Positions 57,233-64,000 of a stretch of 64,000 nucleotides of DNA are shown here, piece after piece (positions within the stretch are counted from its first letter, which is position 1; every line of letters starts with the position of its first letter). The DNA lies in assembly GCF_009914755.1 (NCBI RefSeq), contig NC_060933.1; one strand, given 5' to 3'. Both the position numbers and the translations under genes were made by a program. The notes under the pieces were generated by a model. It was given only the letters and a program-made list of their open reading frames with translations, ran no database searches and was not told the DNA's origin. The stretch is from the human T2T-CHM13v2.0 reference genome, Homo sapiens.

Positions 57233-58599
57233 TTCATTTGTGGGCTTTCCTCCTTCAGGGATACTCGGATGACTCTCTGGGAATACCATGGACTTCCTGA
57301 CCTTTTCTTTATCCAGGGGACTTGCACATAGCATCTTCTCAATGAATGTTTATTAATAATTGTTTTGGTATATCTAACAGTAAAGATAGATGTTAAAGAA
57401 AAAGAATAATAATGTGCAAAGCTAAAAATTCAAACACTTTAGCAGCTTTGAAACAACTCATTTGGAAGAAACGTCTTGCTGCCCTTGGTGAGTCTGAAGA
57501 AAGAATAAGAAGACACTCAAAGAGCATGTGGAGTGTGTGCAGCTGCGTGTGCACCAGGAAGCAGAGCTCAGCTGAAGAGCTGCAGTCAGCATCCGAGATA
57601 GGAGAAGCCTGTCCTGGCTTTGATGCTGCAGGGGATAATGGAGCCACAGTGCAAGCACAGGGCCTTTTATTGATGGGGTAAAAGGAGCCAGCTGGGGTTT
57701 GTCTATAGCTGAGCTTCTGATTCTGTCCCATACTTCTGAAAAATACCCTATTTGTTCCTTTGCTGCAGGTGGCACCTGTCATTACAGGGCATGTAAATAG
57801 AATAGGCAGCCCTGGGCTACTTAAGAGATGCCCCTTCCTCAAATGAGTCTCAAACAGCTCTCTGAGTTCGTCTCCCTTGCTCTGTCCCTTTCTCTCAATC
57901 AGAGGATTCAGCTGAACAAGGAGCATGATGGTGGCCACAGAACTGTGTGTTCCAATAAAGGGCCACTAACTTTTGTTACAAGATGACAGTCTCAACTTTG
58001 CTACAGCCTCCTCTACCATACCAAATCTCTAAACATTATAGAAAAAATATAAAAGAAAAAAAATTCCAAATTGAGTTCCTAAACCAAGAAGTGAGGCCCC
58101 AGATGGGTTCAAAAGCAACAAAGAATTCTTTAAAAGCAGAAAGCAGGTGAGATTGGTGTGAAAGGGAAACTATAACCCAAAAGGCACCGAGGAAGTTCTA
58201 TTGAAAAAGTTGACTTGCCCAGAAAGAGCACATACAGAGAAGAGGAGGAGATCCAGAGGTGACTGAGCTGATGCAATGGGGTTGCACCATTCTGACCCCA
58301 TTCTTCCCCCTAGGGCAGCTGGCTACTACAGGGGTGCTTGTCTCCAGGCGCAGTGATTTTTCAGGAATTTGGATTAGGGAGATAAGGCAAGACCACAGGT
58401 GGCTGGTAACACCCAGGAGAAAGGAGAGCATCCACAGTTGGCACACAAATCACCACACGAAGCTATTCAAATGCAGGTCCTACCACTTCTCAGACCTCAG
58501 TGAAAAGGGTGAGTACAATCTAGGAAGCGTGCACACCGCTCCTCTCAAACAGGCTGCGGGAACAAATAGAGCAGAGCCAAACAGAGAAACTCAGCTGCA

Positions 58600-59788
<1,189 letters not shown>

Positions 59789-61447
59789 TGAGATTATTGT
59801 TTCAGTGTAGACTATAGGTTGGCATATGAATTAAAGAATTGAGAGGGAGAGCAGAATGTAAAAATATATTGATGTTTGTTTTGTTTGCAGAAAAGCAGAA
59901 TATAGATATTCATATAGTAGTTCTTACTTAGAAAAACATGTTAAAATATGTTTAAATAGATGTTAAAAATTGAATGCATAATATAAAACTAGACAGAGGC
60001 ATCACAAGAAAACTATAGATCAATGTTCCTCACAAATATGAATGCAAAAATTTTCAAAAAATCCCCCAAAGGATAGCAAACTGAATCCAGCAAGACATAT
60101 AAAGAATTATAAACCCTGACCAAGTGGTGTTTATCCTAACAATGCAAGGTGGGTTTATATCCAAATATCAACTTAATGGACCACATTAATAAAACAATGA
60201 AAAAAATTACATGACAAATCAATACATGCAGAAAAGCATTTGACAAAATCTAACACCCTTTCATGATAAAAAGCACCAAAAAATAGAAAGGGATGTTCTC
60301 AATCAGATCAAGAGTATCTATGAAAAGCCAACAGCTAACATCCTACTTAATAGTGAGAGATTCAATTTTTTGTACCTAAGATCAGGAACAAGACAAAAAC
60401 GTCTGCTCTTGCCACTTGTGTTCAGTATTGTACAGGAGGTTCTAGCCAGGACAAGTAGGCAAGCAAAAGAAAAAATGGCATATGATTGGAAAGAAAGAAG
60501 TCAGACTATGTCTATTATCAATGATAAGATCTTGCATATAAAAAAATCCTGAGGAATCCACTAAACAAAACTATTAGAACTGATTAGAATTTTGACAAAG
60601 TGGCAGGATATAAGATCAACATAGAAACATTATATTTCTATAACTAGTAAACTAAGCTGAAAATAAAAATAAGAAAATTATTTCATTTACAATAGCATAA
60701 ATAATACAGTACTTGGGAATAAATTTAATACTGGACATGTAAGACACAGTGGAAAGCTAAAAAAATTATTGAAAGAAATTAAAGAAAATCTACATAAATA
60801 GATACCCAATTTTTATGAATTGGAAATATTAATATCATTAGGATGGCAATACTTTCCAAATTGATCTACAGATTCAAAACCATCCCCTTCCAAATATTAG
60901 TGAACTAAGAAATCAGGAAGTTGATCCTAAAGTTCATATGGAAATATAAGGAATTCAGAATAGTGAGAACAATCTTGGAAATGAGCAAAGTTAGAGGACT
61001 CACACTTTGTGGTCTCAAAACTTACTAAAAAGTTACGGTAATCAAGACAGTGTGATATTGGCACAAGGATGGGCATAAATCAATGGAATAAAGTTGAGAG
61101 GCCAAACCCTAACATTTATGGCCAGTTGATTTTCAACGGAAGAGTAGAGGACAATTCAATAACAAAAGAATAGCCTTTTTATTAAAAGGTTCTTAGAAAA
61201 CTGGATATCCATATGCAAAAAAAATTGTAGATGCCCTACATTAAACAATATACAAAAATGAACTCAAAGTGGATCAAAGACCTAAATGTAAGAACTAAAA
61301 CTATAAAACTCCTGGAAGAAAGCAGGAATAAATCTCCATGACCTTAGTTTAGGCAATAATTTCTTAGCTATAATATCAAAAGCACAATCAATAAAGAAGA
61401 CAATTGATAAGGCGGGAACTTCATTAGATTTTAAAATTTGTGCTTCA

Positions 61448-62863
61448 GAACACTTTTACACTGTTGGTGGGCATGTAAATTAGTTTAACTATTGTGGAAG
61501 ACAGTGTGGCAATTTCTCAAAGACCTAGTGGCAGAAGTACCATTTGACCTAGAATTCCATTACTGGGTATATACCCAAAGGAATATACATCATTCTGTTA
61601 TAAAAACACATGCATGCATATGTTCACTGCAGCACTATTCACAGTAGCAAAGACACAGAATCAACCTAAATGTCCATCAATGACAGACTGGATAAAGAAA
61701 ATGTGGTACATATACACCATGGACTACTATGAAGCCATAAAAAGGAACGAGATCATGTCCTTTGCAGATACACGGATGGAGTTGGAAGCCATTATCCTCA
61801 GCAGACAAAGGCAGGAACAGACAACCAAACACCACATGTTCTCACTCATAAGTGGGAGGTGAATTATAAGAACACATGGACACTTGAAGCTGGGGAACAA
61901 CACACACTGGGGCCTGTGGGGGTGGGAGTGACGGGAGAGCATCAGGAAGAATAGCTAATGGGTGCTGGTGTTAATACCTTGGTGATGGGATGATCTGTGC
62001 AGCAAACCACCTTGGCACATGCTTATCTCTGTAACAAACCTGTGAAATAGGAAAGGTTTCCTTGTCCCCCTCACAGGGTGTGCAATGGGGGTGTGGTTCG
62101 CTTCTTCAGTGCCCCGTTGCTCAAACCTCTAGTGGAGCATACAGACAGGCAGGCTGTGGGGCTCTGACCCCACAGCAGTGTCTAGGGGTGAATGTTGACA
62201 GCTGAAGCCCCAGTAGGCATGCATTACAGGGTGCTTTTTTAGTTTAGCCCTCCATAGGTGGCTTGTGTTACTCAGCTCAGTTAGACCCTCTACCTTGTTG
62301 CAAGGACAGAGGGCTTTCTGTATCCTGGGTTCCTGCCTTGCTTTACCAGAAGAACAGGCTCACAAGTGGGCTTGGAGAATGAGTGCAAGGTTTTATTGAG
62401 TGGAAGTAGCTCTCAGCAGATGGGGGAGCCAGAAGGGAAATGGTTTTCCCCCTGAGTCGGTCTGCTTGGCGGCCTGGGCTGGCGTGCCGGTGCCTGTCAG
62501 TGGTGTGTTCCTCTCAACGTCTAGTCACCCGTGGGTTAATCTGCTGATGTGCTCCTCTCGATGTCCAGCTGCCTGTGTGTGCCTGCTAGGGTCTTGGGGG
62601 TTTCTATAGGCACAGGATGGGGGTGTGGCAGGCCAGGGTGGTCTTGGGAAATGCAACATTTGGACAGGAAAACAAAAATGCCTGTCCTCACCCAGGTCCA
62701 TGGGGGTGGAGCCCCAGCCAGGGACCACTCCCTTCTGTAAGCAGCACTTCCCTTCCCCGCTTCTGTATCATTTAAAGGGACCATGCTCTTCCATTCTCAG
62801 CACTCCTGTATCACCTGCATATCCTACACGTGTACCCCAGAACTTAAAAGCTGAAGAAAAAAA
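61448..62863 (+). mobile_element. Short L1PA8-like 3' insertion split by MER50
   Basis: ORF2 C-terminus (ORF 61614) plus 3'UTR; resumes cctgcatatcctacacgtgtaccccagaacttaaaag after the LTR; TSD core tgcttca. Confidence 0.88.
62043..62813 (-). mobile_element. MER50-like ERV1 solo LTR
   Basis: TG...CA ends, 4-bp TSD cctg (62039-62042, 62814-62817); minus strand begins tgatacaggagtgctgagaatggaagagcatggtccctttaaatgatac. Confidence 0.85.
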
Positions 62864-63928
62864 ACTGCTTCAAAATATTCCATCAAAAAAGTAAAGACAA
62901 CCCACAGACTTGAAGAAAATATTTGCAAATCATGTATCTAATAAGGTATTTGTATCAGAATATATAAAATTTCTTACAACTAATTAAGACAACGCAATTA
63001 AAAATGGGCAAAGGATTCCAAAAGCCAATAAGCATATAATCTATCTTCTCTAAAGAATATATATTAATTGCCAATAAGCACATGGAAAGATATTCAGCAT
63101 CACATGTCATTAGGGAAAATAAAATCTAAACCATAATGAGATACCACTTCACATGCCTCACAATACCTATAACTTAAAAAAAAAGACAATAACAAGTGTT
63201 GGTAAGAATGTGGCAGAATTGGAACCTTCATACATTGCTGGTGGTGACGTGAAATGATAGAGCTGCTTTGAAAAGTTTGGCATTTCCTCAAAAGGTTAAA
63301 CATAGGGTTACTGCATGACCCAGAAATTCTACTCCCAGGTTTGTACCCAAAACAAGTATAAATATATGTCTACACAAAGACTTTTACATGAATGTTCATA
63401 GCAGCATTATTCATAATAACCAAAAAGTGAAACAATCCAATGTCTATCAGTTGATAAATAGGTAAAATGTAGTATATGTATACAATGGAATATATTTCAA
63501 TAATAAAAAGGAATGAGATAGCACTGGTATGTGCTACGACATGGATGAATATCAAAATCAGCATGCTAAGTGAAAGAAGCCAGTCACAAATGACCACATA
63601 TTATATGATTCCATTAATATAAAATGTCCAGGATAGGTGAATCTGTAGAGAAAGAAGGTAGGTTAGTGTTTGCCTAGAACTGGAGCAGGAGAAAGGTGGG
63701 GAGCGTAATGGAGAATAACTGTTATTTAGTATGTTTCTTTTTTATGGTAATAAAAATGTTTTAAAGTTAGATTATGGGGATGGTCATATAACTATAAATA
63801 TACTAAAAACTATTGAATTGTACACTTTAAATGGGTCAAATTTATGGCATTTATTGATAAATTATAAGGCTGTTAAAATGTAATGATAACTACTAGAAGA
63901 CACAGATGAAAACCTTTTAAATAGAATC

Positions 63929-64000
63929 TATTTTTTTAATTATACTTTAAGTTCTGGGAAACATGTGCAGAACGTGCAGGTATGTTACGTAGATATGCAT
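63929..64000 (-). mobile_element. 3' end of another L1PA, running off the window
   Basis: ttatactttaagttctgggaaacatgtgcagaacgtgcagg. Confidence 0.9.

Larger units (their letters stand above)
59985..63880 (+). mobile_element. L1MB-like element (ORF2 RT region to 3'UTR) hosting an L1PA and MER50
   Basis: ORF 60370 SGTRQKRLLLPLVFSIVQEVLART; 3'UTR atgctaagtgaaagaagccagtcacaaatgaccacata...tgaattgtacactttaaatggg. Confidence 0.85.

Noticed and set aside
57393-57938. 181-aa minus-strand ORF
   Set aside because: No recognisable family or coding-like composition; length achievable by chance

Overview
Human (primate) non-coding genomic DNA, AT-rich and dominated by interspersed repeats. It is not microbial: I see no operons, CRISPR arrays, rRNA/tRNA or credible protein-coding exons. 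The window holds about 16 Alu-family SINEs, including an essentially undecayed AluYb8, a human-specific subfamily that points to Homo sapiens, and a rare FAM monomer. It also holds L1 of several ages (L1PA, L1PB, L1MB/ME), many L2 and MIR fossils, a near full-length Tigger2, other DNA-transposon fossils (MER53, Tigger2a/MER28, MER5, Charlie-like, MamRep434-like) and LTRs (MLT1, MST/THE1, MER4A, MER50). ORFs in the track that I can assign are repeat-derived (Alu, L1 ORF2, Tigger2 transposase); the rest look like chance ORFs. I found no new gene system. The most unusual structure that the repeat annotation does not explain is a 148-bp inverted copy (31178-31325 vs 33309-33456, 5 mismatches) with nested direct and inverted junction repeats, which reads as a fossil multi-step templated insertion. 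An 87-bp tandem duplication starting at a double hairpin, a twin-primed L1, a head-to-head Alu pair and a double-octamer palindrome are also worth a look. Subfamily names come from recalled consensus sequences, and boundaries of old elements are approximate (tens of bp).
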